From positions 84,278,715-84,332,898 of the forward strand of contig NC_068981.1 in assembly GCF_001194135.2 (NCBI RefSeq): DNA of 54,184 nucleotides, given 5' to 3'. Source of the DNA: Octopus bimaculoides (Eukaryota). The position numbers were made by a program, and so were the translations under genes. Every line of letters starts with the position of its first letter. Within the stretch, counting starts at the first letter, position 1. The notes beneath the pieces were generated by a model. The model was given only the letters and a program-made list of their open reading frames with translations. It made no database searches and was not told the origin of the DNA. This document shows, in pieces, positions 12,915 to 25,989 of this stretch.

Positions 12915-13115
12915 TTTACCGTTTCATTTGTTGGACAGCCGCCATATCGGGATACCGCTTATAATTATTTTTAGTTGATCATAACAATCATACTGTTTAT
13001 TTCATTTATATATGTATCTTATCGAAGTTTATTTATAGAATCATTAACTTCCGTTTTTCAATGTAAATAAAAGGGTAGAACCTCAAGCATTGATTACCGT
13101 TAACTATAAACTTAG
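12915..13115 (-). mobile_element. Very old SINE family A 3' half
   Basis: cgtttcatttgttggacagccgccatatcgggataccgctt weakly matches tgtttcagtcatttgactgtggccatgctggagccaccgcct (7431-7472). Confidence 0.35.
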
Positions 13116-13176
13116 ACACACACACACATGCATACATGCTGATATATTTCACCATATCCGGATTCATTCTTTAGAC

Positions 13177-13230
13177 CAGTGGTTCTCAACCGGGATGTAT
13201 GAAGGCCCTTGGGGGTCCAGTAAGATTTTG
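13177..13230 (+). mobile_element. Left end of hAT-type MITE (same family as 20800-21444)
   Basis: CAGTGGTTCTCAACCGGGAT...GGCCCTTGG...TAAGATTTTG matches 20800-20852. It is preceded by CTTTAGAC and interrupted by a SINE. Confidence 0.75.
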
Positions 13231-13232
13231 CT

Positions 13233-13523
13233 GGTGGCTGTGAGGTAAGTAGCTTGCTTCCCAACCACATTGTTCTCAGTTCAGTCCCACTGCGTGACAC
13301 TTTGGGTGACTGTCTTCTGCTATAGCCTCGGGCCGACCAAAGCCTTGTGAGAGGATTTGGTAGACGCTCGTTGTATATATATACATNNNNNNNNNNTATA
13401 TACATATGTATGTATGTATGTATGTATATATATAAGTATGTATTTGTGTGTCTGTGTTTGTTCTCCCACCATAGCTTGAAAGCCGATGTTGGTGTGTTTA
13501 TGTCCCCATGACTTAGCGGTTCA
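13233..13523 (+). mobile_element. SINE family A, 3'-truncated
   Basis: gtggctgtgaggtaagtagcttgcttcccaaccacat...ttagcggttc; its internal TA tract contains an 11-N gap. Confidence 0.88.
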
Positions 13524-13673
13524 GAGCTATAAAGTGCACATCGACATACCCTGGTTAATGGCATGCGGTACACATTTGAACCCTCTATAGGATCGATTGG
13601 ATTGAGAACACCCAATATAAAAATACAAGCATACAAACACATGTACATCGTGATAATTATATACATACACAGA

Positions 13674-13706
<33 letters not shown>

Positions 13707-13870
13707 GGGAGAATTTACGAAACAAACAACAACAGACGAGGACAGGTGGTGTAAACAACAAAGGACGTATTAGTTTAACGCTCGGGAATACAGAAAGTCT
13801 TTAACGTTTCGAGCTACACTCTTCAACAGAAAGAATACGGAGAAAACAAGGTGAACAAAACGCGCAAGTT
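13707..13870 (-). mobile_element. Short hammerhead-like-motif-bearing element (putative PLE terminal repeat or non-autonomous derivative) abutting (TA)n
   Basis: Minus strand CTTT-CTGTTGAA-GAG-tgtag-CTC-GAAA-CGT-T-AAAG (13799-13833) followed by actttctgtattcccgagcgttaaactaatac; homologous to 43085-43143 and 40418-40485. Confidence 0.6.
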
Positions 13871-14854
13871 TTATCTGACAACAGATTACCGACTATTCAA
13901 ATGTATATAAACACAAAAGGACACAAGCATGTATACATGATAACATACATGAAAGTGACGTATATCGTAATCCGTTTGGTTTACAATATACTTCCCTTTG
14001 GATCACTAGAGATGTTCGTAGAAATTTCAGAGAAAAAGATAGAAAGGGAGAATAAAGAAAAGAATAATGGGAAGAATTAGAGCAAGTAGGATTTAAGGTG
14101 TAGCAGAAAATAAAACAATGAGAACATTCAGTGTAAATTATATATTTGTTTGAGTGAGTGTGATTACATATATATACATATGTATGAATGTACATATATA
14201 TATATACATACTTTTTATATTGTATATATATATATATATATGTGTGTATAAGTTTTTGCATATATATAATATTAAATATATTATATATATATTCATACTG
14301 TGGAGTAGAAATATACATTCATGTGTCCAAACATACACCAAGATATAAATAAATATATGAAAATATACAAAGTTGAAGTCCCATTCAATTACCCCAAGTT
14401 GTTTCATTACTCTATTAAGTAGCGTAACGAGAATTATTAATAATAATTCACTGTCCATAAGACAGGTATTAGGTTAGTATATTTCTATCACATATTAATG
14501 TGTACCAGGAAAGTTATAGCGGGCTACTGGTTCGTTGCATTCTCCTTTTATGCAAGGGAAATATTAAATGGGTAATGAAACGCTCATGTTTTTCCCTTTT
14601 AGCATGACTCTTCAACTATGTTATGTGCAATATGTTTTAATATACAAACAAAAAGAAATAGGCACAAAAATGTGTATGTGTGTGTTGCATCATTTATCTT
14701 AATGCGACTCTAATGTTTTTTGCGACACACATCAATGACTACATATCTGTATTTTAGTCAGCTGCAAAGTTATCTATCTTTTCTGAGTATGGTCCGACCA
14801 AAATATGTAATATGTATGTGTGCATTTGTCTACACACACACACACACACACACG

Positions 14855-14915
<61 letters not shown>

Positions 14916-16061
14916 TCACACAGACACACACACATATGCATCTGTGAATGAATATATATGCAGGTAGATATATATAATATTGCTCGCATGTTTTAAGTCA
15001 AGCATGCATGTACCGTAACAGAGTAACAGAAGTACTCGCTCAGGCGGCATAATATATCTATCTAGCAATACTTATATATGCATATTTATATATAATACTT
15101 ATATATATATATATATATATATNNNNNNNNNNNNNNNNNNNNNNNNNNNNNNNNNNNNNNNNNNNNNNNNNNNNNNNNNNNNNNNNNNNNNNNNNNNNNN
15201 NNNNNNNNNNNNNNNNNNNNNNNNNNNNNNNNNNNNNNNNNNNNNNNNNNNNNNNNNNNNNNNNNNNNNNNNNNNNNNNNNNNNNNNNNNNNNNNNNNNN
15301 NNNNNNNNNNNNNNNNNNNNNNNNNNNNNNNNNNNNNNNNNNNNNNNNNNNNNNNNNNNNNNNNNNNNNNNNNNNNNNNNNNNNNNNNNNNNNNNNNNNN
15401 NNNNNNNNNNNNNNNNNNNNNNNNNNNNNNNNNNNNNNNNNNNNNNNNNNNNNNNNNNNNNNNNNNNNNNNNNNNNNNNNNNNNNNNNNNNNNNNNNNNN
15501 NNNNNNNNNNNNNNNNNNNNNNNNNNNNNNNNNNNNNNNNNNNNNNNNNNNNNNNNNNNNNNNNNNNNNNNNNNNNNNNNNNNNNNNNNNNNNNNNNNNN
15601 NNNNNNNNNNNNNNNNNNNNNNNNNNNNNNNNNNNNNNNNNNNNNNNNNNNNNNNNNNNNNNNNNNNNNNNNNNNNNNNNNNNNNNNNNNNNNNNNNNNN
15701 NNNNNNNNNNNNNNNNNNNNNNNNNNNNNNNNNNNNNNNNNNNNNNNNNNNNNNNNNNNNNNNNNNNNNNNNNNNNNNNNNNNNNNNNNNNNNNNNNNNN
15801 NNNNNNNNNNNNNNNNNNNNNNNNNNNNNNNNNNNNNNNNNNNNNNNNNNNNNNNNNNNNNNNNNNNNNNNNNNNNNNNNNNNNNNNNNNNNNNNNNNNN
15901 NNNNNNNNNNNNNNNNNNNNNNNNNNNNNNNNNNNNNNNNNNNNNNNNNNNNNNNNNNNNNNNNNNNNNNNNNNNNNNNNNNNNNNNNNNNNNNNNNNNN
16001 NNNNNNNNNNNNNNNNNNNNNNNNNNNNNNNNNNNNNNNNNNNNNNNNNNNNNNNNNNNNN

Positions 16062-16097
<36 letters not shown>

Positions 16098-16788
16098 CAT
16101 GTATGTATATATTCTTTTGCCTCCTGCGCCTGGATTTCTCCAATCTCATCGTTATCTCTATATGTCACCCTTACTCTTGCCGACTTCCCCCCTTTTCTCC
16201 CTTTCATACTACCCCTTTCTCTCTGAACTTGCCAATATTTCGCAAACGTAATCTGCAGTACATGTCTTCGATGTTATAAGAACAAGCCAACAATAAAAGA
16301 CAAACAAACAATCAGAAACATCAGCATACAAACTGCAACAACAACAACAACAACAGCTTCAGAGCAACAACCAGACATTAGAAGTAATAAAAAATATATA
16401 TAATTTAGGGGTGTGGTGAGCCTTCGTGTATGTTTGTGCGTGAATACGCTCGTAAGCGTGTTACAGTACAATACTATATGGCGTGCTTCTGTGTGTGGTC
16501 TGTGTGGTCAGATAAGAAACATCTGGACATATGAGACGGGGCAAAGGAACGAATCTAAGCAAAAAAGAACAAAAAAAACAAAAAACGAAGGACATCGTAA
16601 AAAAGCATTAAGAATAATGTCCGTATGATGTGTATGAATGAGCTTTCTGTAAGCGCGTATGTATGTGTGAGTGTGTATGTGTGTGAGTATGTGTGTGTGT
16701 ATGTGCGTGTGCGCGTATATGTATTTACATATATACATACATAAATATATATATGTATGTTTATATATCTTTGTGTATTATACATATA

Positions 16789-16837
<49 letters not shown>

Positions 16838-17505
16838 NNNNNNNNNNNNNNNNNNNNNNNNNNNNNNNNNNNNNNNNNNNNNNNNNNNNNNNNNNNNNNN
16901 NNNNNNNNNNNNNNNNNNNNNNNNNNNNNNNNNNNNNNNNNNNNNNNNNNNNNNNNNNNNNNNNNNNNNNNNNNNNNNNNNNNNNNNNNNNNNNNNNNNN
17001 NNNNNNNNNNNNNNNNNNNNNNNNNNNNNNNNNNNNNNNNNNNNNNNNNNNNNNNNNNNNNNNNNNNNNNNNNNNNNNNNNNNNNNNNNNNNNNNNNNNN
17101 NNNNNNNNNNNNNNNNNNNNNNNNNNNNNNNNNNNNNNNNNNNNNNNNNNNNNNNNNNNNNNNNNNNNNNNNNNNNNNNNNNNNNNNNNNNNNNNNNNNN
17201 NNNNNNNNNNNNNNNNNNNNNNNNNNNNNNNNNNNNNNNNNNNNNNNNNNNNNNNNNNNNNNNNNNNNNNNNNNNNNNNNNNNNNNNNNNNNNNNNNNNN
17301 NNNNNNNNNNNNNNNNNNNNNNNNNNNNNNNNNNNNNNNNNNNNNNNNNNNNNNNNNNNNNNNNNNNNNNNNNNNNNNNNNNNNNNNNNNNNNNNNNNNN
17401 NNNNNNNNNNNNNNNNNNNNNNNNNNNNNNNNNNNNNNNNNNNNNNNNNNNNNNNNNNNNNNNNNNNNNNNNNNNNNNNNNNNNNNNNNNNNNNNNNNNN
17501 NNNNN

Positions 17506-17549
<44 letters not shown>

Positions 17550-18090
17550 TCATCTAAAATGTTCTACACACACCCACTTAAACGTACACACAAAAATATG
17601 GGTATGATCATACCTACACAAACAACATTATAGATTTCTAAACAAAATGTAATAAAACAAAAACAGACGTGCATACACATGCATCATCATTACTTAAAAG
17701 GCAAACAAACACACAAAAAAATGTTCTACAATGAAAAGATAATGCTGAAATAGGCTTAAATAAATAGACCTTGCTCCTCCGAAGTATTTACATCAAAGTG
17801 ACCGTGTAATGTGTATATACACATACGCATGGATGTTAATACTTGTTAATGTTTTTAATGTTATTGTATTTTGTGTGTGCATATGCATTTATTTTCCATT
17901 TATTTTCTAATTCTTTTAAAGTTTTGTGTGTATTTCGATGATTTCTAAGATAAAGAGTGAAAGGCATTTTGTTTTGTGTTGGTGAACTCTATAAACGGAA
18001 GACAATCTCTTGGCCACATACGCGGCCGCGAAATGATATATCTTTTCTCGATTAAAAGCAGTTTGCTTTAGTTACAAAATTACGTAACTA

Positions 18091-18192
18091 TAGGCACAGG
18101 CGTGGTTGTGTAGTTAACAAGCTTGCTTCCCAACTATTTGTTCTCGAGTTCAATCTTACAGCGCGGCAGCTTGAGCAAGTGTTTTCTATAAC
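18091..18192 (+). mobile_element. SINE family A 5' head fragment
   Basis: ggcacaggcgtggttgtgtagttaacaagcttgcttcccaac...ttgagcaagtgttttcta. Confidence 0.7.
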
Positions 18193-18269
18193 AGCACTTA
18201 TGGCAGTAAAGGCACTGAACAGCTTTTCAACCAGAAGGGCTAGAGGAAATATATACCACTGACACTAAC

Positions 18270-18580
18270 AACAGCTTTATGCAGAGACAACTGCAGTTTG
18301 TAGGGGGCTGCCTCTAAGTATCAACTCCGATAACTGTTAAGAAATTGACTCGAAATTGGTTGCAAAAATACGTATTCCACGACTATAAGCATTAACCCAA
18401 GGCACCACCACCACCGCTATTTCATGACGATGGGAACCAGATAGAAAGTGAAAATAGATGACGGGCAACCGAAGACAGAGAAAGAGATCCACGAATTAAA
18501 GAACACATCCTAAGACAAAAATATGTCGAATATCCAAGAAGGGGAGTCTATCCCACACGGACATCATCGGCATTTATAGT
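18270..18580 (+). mobile_element. Possible RTE-type LINE 3' remnant
   Basis: MQRQLQFVGGCL resembles the RRLRFAGHC motif and the downstream GQPKT resembles GRPK, both in the RTE C-terminal order; heavily decayed. Confidence 0.3.
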
Positions 18581-18742
18581 CCTTCATGTAAAAGTCTGAA
18601 GAATTTTTTTTTCCTTGTAAAGACACAACAATGATTCCATATTCCCCTAAAACTCCTAAACTTCCAAGCTAAAAGCTATCAAATGCAGTTACGCTGCTAA
18701 CTGCCTTGTCCAGGACACACACTCACACACACACATGCACAT

Positions 18743-18808
<66 letters not shown>

Positions 18809-20799
18809 ACGCATGCAAGCATACACGCACGTAAGTATGTACATATATGTATATACTAGCTTAAAAGCCGCCTTGGACCCAACAATGGCATTTCATGCAT
18901 TGAGTACATATCAGATTTTATTAAACTTGAACAATACTTTTTAAGCAATGAACAACTTTCATCAAAACAATGATATAGACTTGGGACTTATTGCAAAGCT
19001 GCAACAGTTTTTGTCTTCCCATTCGGAGTTGGTACAAATAGCTTGTTTCCATTCCCTACCCTTGATCAACCAACATATAGCTGGCCATAGGCAACAATAA
19101 ACTTACCTTTTAAAAGTTCAGCGATAATTCTTCTGCCGCCACTTAATTTAAAGACAATCTGATGTACGTAGGGCCTTAATTCTCGTACAAACAATTATCT
19201 GTAGTAGCTGGTATGTATCTAAACTCCTGTTCGTAGTTTGAAGGAAAATAACCCCACTGTTGCTGAACACTATTTTAAAGTGCGATTTTTATGGCTCTCA
19301 ATGTATTTGATCATAAATATGTTTGAAATTTAGTACTTTTTTTAAGGCAATAATAAAAGTAGTTGAATCTATTTTCATGCAGTCAGAGTGCACTAAGTGT
19401 CCATAGTTCCGACGGCCGACGGCATGAAAACAGGTCCGTCAAATTTTATTAATATCTGAAAAAATACTAAGTTTCCAACATTTTTATGGTAGAGAGTTAT
19501 GAAAGGTAATACTGTATGTGAGAGTGAGTTCAATACGTATTTCAGTTCCGAACGTTATGAAGCATGTTTTATGGTTAAGTTACCTGATACAGTTATAATA
19601 TTTCGAGCAAGATTTTTTCAGAATCTTTATTTTAGAAATTACTTTTGGAAATAGTCATAATATTTAGAGAAATATTTTTTTCAAAATGTTAGAAAACAAC
19701 AAAAATGAAAAATTGTAGAAGACTCATTGAATAGTGAGAGAGGGGGTCGGAGGAGTAAAGTTGAAAAACTGTGACACACTGACACACTGACAATTGCTTT
19801 CGCATTTAGCATTATAGATTATATAATGCTTTTGACCCGCCCTCTTATATATATTAAAATATTTGGAAATCCCCACCCATTCTTCAAAACCATTATTGTA
19901 ACAAATTCAATAGTTAGGCCTAGGCGGCAATAATAAAGGGATGGTTGTATCTTTTACTGCTGTTAATTTTTCATCCCTCCGAAGAATATCTCTTTAAATT
20001 TTGGCTTTTCAAATCACGAACAGCCAACATCACGAATACGATAAATAAAATTACTCAGGAAGAAAAATATAAATAAAAAGAAAACGAAAAATAGCAGTAA
20101 TTTAAATGCAGGCCTTCAATCTATTACATATTTGCATATGTGTGTGTGTGCGTGTGCGCGCGTTTGTTTGCGCATGTACATACGCACACACATATACACA
20201 CACGCACACACAGGCGCGCACACGCACGCACATACGCACACACACACGTATATACATACATATAAGCCTATATACATCCATACATACACACACACACACA
20301 CGTATTGCTGACGTCATAAGAGCTTTATAAACTAATTTTTAGTACGAAAAAAAACTGAATCTTAGACTTTGATAGCAGCTACTTACAAATAATACTGCAC
20401 TGTCACTAAAGATTTTATCATAGCAAATTATCTGAACAAATTAAGATTTGTCCTACTGTATGTATATCGTTATATAAATGGAATTGTTGGAAGAATTCCT
20501 ATCCGACATATAATGAGAAAATATAATTCTGCTCATTCATTTTTAATGAATTGTATTGTATCAAAACACTGCGACAAAACTGATTCCATAATAATTCATT
20601 TCTTTCTATATCATTTAAATTATACACAAATTAACCATAGAAAAACTTGAACTGAGCCTCCTCCAGCCTCATCAAGCTTTCGAATATTATTAAATCTGCT
20701 TTGTTTATTTCGACTCGAACGTCACAAAAGTTCAAGCTTTCTTAAAATTTCAAGTTCTTCTTCATTCAATCTATAACAACATTAATTTATGCAATAGGC

Positions 20800-21444
20800 C
20801 AGTGGTTCTCAACCGGGATCCAAATGGCCCTTGGGCGCGCATATAAGATTTTGTTGTCAAAATTTATCTGTAGTTAACTGGTTATACTTCCACAAGACAA
20901 AATATTTTAACAATTTTTTTTACAATTCCTAATCATATTTAATTATTAAAATGTAGTGGAGGCGCAATGGCCCAGTGGTTAGGGCAGCGAACTCGTGGTT
21001 ATAGGATCGCGGTTTCGATTCACAAACCGAGCGTTCTGAGTGTTTATTAAGCGAAAACACCTAAAGCTCCACGAGGCTCCGGCAGGGGATGGTGGCGAAC
21101 GCTGCTGTTCACCACAACTTTCTCTCACTGTTACTTCCTGTTTCTGTTGTGCCTGTAATTCAAAGGGTCAGCCTTGTCACACTGTGTCACGCTGAATATC
21201 CCCGAGAACTACGTTAAGGGTACACGTGTCTGTGGAGTGCTCAACCACTTGCACGTTAATTCCACGAGCAGGCTGTTCTGTTGATCGGATCAACTATAAC
21301 CCTCGACGTCGTAAGCGACGGAGTGCCAACAATTAAAATGTAAAATGATTTTTTTAAAACACCAACTTGTTATGGGGTTCATCCGAATAAAATAGGAATC
21401 AAAGTGGTCCATAGGTTAAAAAAAAAAATGGTTGAGAAACACTG
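20800..21444 (+). mobile_element. hAT-type MITE carrying a nested SINE
   Basis: TIRs CAGTGGTTCTCAACC / GGTTGAGAAACACTG (14/15); flanking 8-mers CAATAGGC and GAAAAGGC (6/8) are consistent with a decayed 8-bp TSD. Confidence 0.88.
20956..21331 (+). mobile_element. Full-length tRNA-derived SINE family B with TSD
   Basis: Head GGCGCAATGGCCCAGTGGTTAGGGC...GGTTTCGATTC; perfect 11-bp TSD ATTAAAATGTA at 20945-20955 and 21332-21342. Confidence 0.92.
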
Positions 21445-22542
21445 GAAAAGGCAAAACGAACTAAGGACTGAAGATAATGATAAGGCAATTTTATATCTGA
21501 TTACTTTCAAATTCAATGGTTGACCGTCTTTCAACACTAAATTAGTTTAAAATGTGACGTTTAAATGTTGCTATAACACATTCAGTTTATCGTAAACTTA
21601 TATGGTTTTGTAAATTATATTCTTCCAGACATGTTAGCAGCTTTTCAGACAAGAGAGATCAAACACACGCGCGCGCGCGAGAGCGCGCACACAAATATAT
21701 ATATACAGTTTAGATTGTTGATTGCATATTCAATGACTTGAGAACTTTGTATTTGATTGAAGCGTGAACGTTTTAATCAAAATAGTAATAACACTTATCT
21801 TCATAATACTTACATAAAACAAATCGAATTTTACACTAACAAATTATAGGGTATCTAATCTTAGTTTATATATATAAATATATATATATATATAAATTTA
21901 TTTGAATTGTAGGGTGATGAACCAGATAATTCTTTCACTATCCAACCACCCATAATAATTCTTGGTCGATAGAAGATGGAATGATGAGAAGAGTTACAAA
22001 GTATATATATTTTCATTAAATACACTATATATAGTATAAATATTTTCATTAGACTAGTTAACTCAGTTATCAACAGAAGTGTTTTATCAGTAATAGAGTT
22101 TTAAAAATACCCAAAATAACGTTGTTTTCGTTATGTAGTGAACTCAGAAGTGTGAATTTCATTATTATATACACTGGAATACCTAATTCAACGTTCGCCT
22201 GTCGTAAACAATTCATCGAGAGAGGCCCTATGTGTTTGCTTGATCTACTAGAAACAAAATTCCCCTACTGTGTTAAAAAGGGAATCATTGACAAATTAGG
22301 CTTCGATACAGCAAAATTGAAATTCACGACGAGGAAATTCACTCAGCAACCACGCTGTTCAAGTTCGATTGTACAGCAGGTACTAACGGCTGCTATCCTC
22401 TGTCGTAAACTTTTATGTAACAATGATACATGCGGGAAATTTTCGTCGATGGAAAGAATACGGAAACCAACGTATGTATAGATGTATACACACGCACAAA
22501 CTCGTACATGTATATTTGTTTATGTTTACGCGAATGTATGTA

Positions 22543-22966
22543 CCGTAAATCCTCGAGTATAATCCGCATTTTTTCCCAAAATTTAAAGGTCAAAATTTCT
22601 AGTGCGTACTATACACGAGGTTAAAAATGAAAAATATGTTCTAAGCAAATTTTTCTAAGTGAAAAATATGTAAAGGCAATTTACTTAATATTTATTTCTC
22701 ACTGACTTTATTACTGTTATTTCTTTATTTTCTGCAAACAAAGTGCACAAAAAAGCTACACGTTTGCATTATGTTATATATACAATAATAATAAAGGACG
22801 TTACCGTATATACGTTTACAAACCAAGGACGTTATATAGACCTCCGTGACTCAAGTTAGAGAAGGGGTGCGTATTATACACAAGGTTTAGGTTTTTCAGA
22901 GATACAGCCCCCTAAAAATTCCCTGCGTATTATACTCAAGGGCGGACTATACTCGAGGGTTTACGG
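22543..22966 (+). mobile_element. Tc1/mariner-superfamily (Tc2-like) MITE
   Basis: 25-bp TIRs CCGTAAATCCTCGAGTATAATCCGC (23/25 match), TA on both flanks, and internal repeats of GCGTAYTATACWCRAGG. Confidence 0.9.
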
Positions 22967-24104
22967 TATATAAGAATGTATCTCTTTCTCTCTCTCTATA
23001 CAAGTGTGTATTTTATGTGTGTTTGTGTGTTTGTGTGTTTGTGTATGTGTGTGTGTGTGCGAGCGCGCGCGTGCGTTATGACACTAATACTCATCTTATG
23101 TTAATGAAACCTACGGAAGATGACTTTAACTAAGTATCTTAACAATCTCTCATGTTTTGTTTTGTTTTTATCCACACGTTTCTTCGAACTTTGTTTAAGC
23201 ATATTTTGTTTTTGATGTTTCTTATCACCATTTTTTTTCTTCAAAATCTTTTTTATTACATCTGTGTATATCAACTTATACCAGTTGGAATCGACAGACA
23301 AGCGATGCTAACATAAGAGCCATATTTACTGTGAACTTAGCGTGGCAGACTTCGTTCACTTGTCAACTGATGTGGTTAAAATTATTCAATTTACGTGTAT
23401 TGTGCTCCGAGTGACCCATGACACGGTAACAAGGCCATAAATTCGGCAGACCGTTAAAAAGAATGAAACAAACCGCCCATTTCTTTTTCTTTTATTGTTA
23501 TTTCTCTTTAGTTTTCTTATTTTTTGTTCATTTATTTCTTAGTGGCTTCTTTTTTATATTTTGTGATTTTTTTTTAAATGTTTTGTCTTTTGTTCTTTTA
23601 TTTTTGTTTTTGGACTGTTAAGCAATTTTTATTTGTTTATTTTATTTGCCTATTTCTTCCCCGCCTTTGTCTTCTAGCCCACCTCACACTACAACTATCT
23701 CCTACTTAATCTTATTTATTTTATAGATATATATATATCTTTTTTCCATATATATATATTTTTTTTTTTTAGTGTCGTTAGGTAGAGGGGATAAAAAAGA
23801 TCAGAACACATACTGGTTGAGGCAGATCAGTGTTCGGGTGTTTGGCTGAGTAGGCGGCTGTTCTTTATTGTGCTAACAAGGAGACAAAAGACAAAAAACG
23901 AAAGAAGTTACAAGAGCATCTAGAAAAGTCACCCAAGGATTAGTTGTTGTTGCTATTGTTAATGTTACTGCTACTGCTGTTGTTGTTATTGTTGTTATTG
24001 GCGGTGGTGGTGGTGGTGATGGTGGTGGCGGTGGCGGTGGTGGTGCTTATAGTGGTGCCAGTGGCAGTCGTTTCGTCGTTGTCACTATTGTGACAGTTGA
24101 CATT

Positions 24105-24140
<36 letters not shown>

Positions 24141-25989
24141 TGTTGTTCCAGGGTGTTGTTAAGCAAAGATAAATGAAAATAAGTAAAAAGAAAAAAAGGG
24201 GAAAAGAAGCACCCCCCCCCCCAAAAAAAAACGGAGAATGGAAGATACAACCTAAAAAGAGGGCAGGAAATGAAGGCTAATCGGGAATCGGGTAGCTAGA
24301 GAAAGGGTGTAGCTTCGTTTATTTTTATTTTATTTTATTTATTTATTTCATTTATTTATTTATCCAATGAATGCCAAGTGACTATGACAAAATGATCACT
24401 GTGTAGAATTGTTAAAGGAGTTATCATACTCATCTGATTGATTTCAGATTGATTACTTATCAATTTAGCGAAAGGGTGAACTGTTTATACTCAGAGGTCA
24501 TCGACGTCATCATCGCAGTTATGCTTTAACGCCACCTGCCACTGAGTTGTTTTTGTTTTGTCTTTTTGCTTTTTTTCGTCTCTACCCTTGCTATACCTCC
24601 ATCATACCGTCATCTGTGTCACCAGTCTCTGATTGCAAAGATGATGATGATGATGATGATTAGGAAGAGGAGGAGGAGGAGGAAAAGAGTGTTAAATCAT
24701 CGCACCACCATGGATACCAACATTGTAGTCCAGCTTCTAGTATGTTGCTGTTATTATTAGTATTATCATTATCACTAGTCTTGCTCGAAGCGTCGGGTGG
24801 TTCAGGATTGGTGGGGTACATGAGCCAAACCTGAGTGGTCATCTTCGCTAGTGGCGAAGTCTCATTGTTATATTTTACTTGTTTAATGTTTATTGTTATT
24901 ATTTTCCTAATTGTTTAGTTGTTGTTTTGTGTAACTCCCCACCACCACTGTCCCGTCTACTGTATTGTCCCCTGTATGTCCTCCCTAGCGGCCAATAAAT
25001 GAAATAATTATCATTATCAGTAGTAGTAGTAGTAATAGTAGTAGTAGTAGTAGTGGCAACAACAGCAAAGCAGCACAACATGCTTTATTTAATCCTGGTT
25101 TTTATTGTGTCATATGTTTATTAATGATATATTTTGTATCTTTATATCGGTTGCATTTTAAGAGTAGGGTGGATTGATGTCGACATGTGTTTCTGGTTAA
25201 AAACCAACACCAAATAAACAAATAGAATAACATAAAAGATAATAATATAATAAAAACTCTTCTAGTGGTTTATTCTTTCTTTTGATTTATTGTTTCTTTT
25301 TATTTTTTTTTTTTGATCCCACATGACCCTCCCCGCTGAAGTGTAATATATAATGGTTAGGGAACCGCTGGTGCTAACATACATTACGAGAACATGCATA
25401 GATCCCATCCTTCAATGTCAACACAGACTTGGCGATTCAGGATTGTTTTGTCCAGTGAACTTTCATTGCGGCTTAAACAATGTACCCACATGTAATTAAT
25501 TATCACAGAAATGCTAGTTACCCTTACAAAGGGACTGTAACTAATTTGAAAAGGCGCTGCTCACCTGGAAGCGAGATATATTGATGCACTTACTTATTCA
25601 ATGCTTTTCGTGATTCACACTAGCCAGAACAGAAATAAGATTGCGGCGTTGTTTCGCAGCTTGGTAGGTTGGCTGGTTGGTAGGTTGGTGTCAAGACAAG
25701 TGAGAATTATTTTAAAATAAGCTCAATATGTTACATCACTCATAGGCGAATCACAACCATTTTCATGCATGGTACACGCACGCAAAAGCATATTATGGAC
25801 ACTTGCGATAGCACAACTGCAGACACTCATACGCATGTATGAATATATGTACATATGTATGTATGTATGTATGTATGCATGTATGTTTGTATGTATGCCT
25901 GTATGTATGTATCTATCTATGTGTGTGTACATACATACATACATACATACATATGTACATACATATATACATGCATATATACATACATA

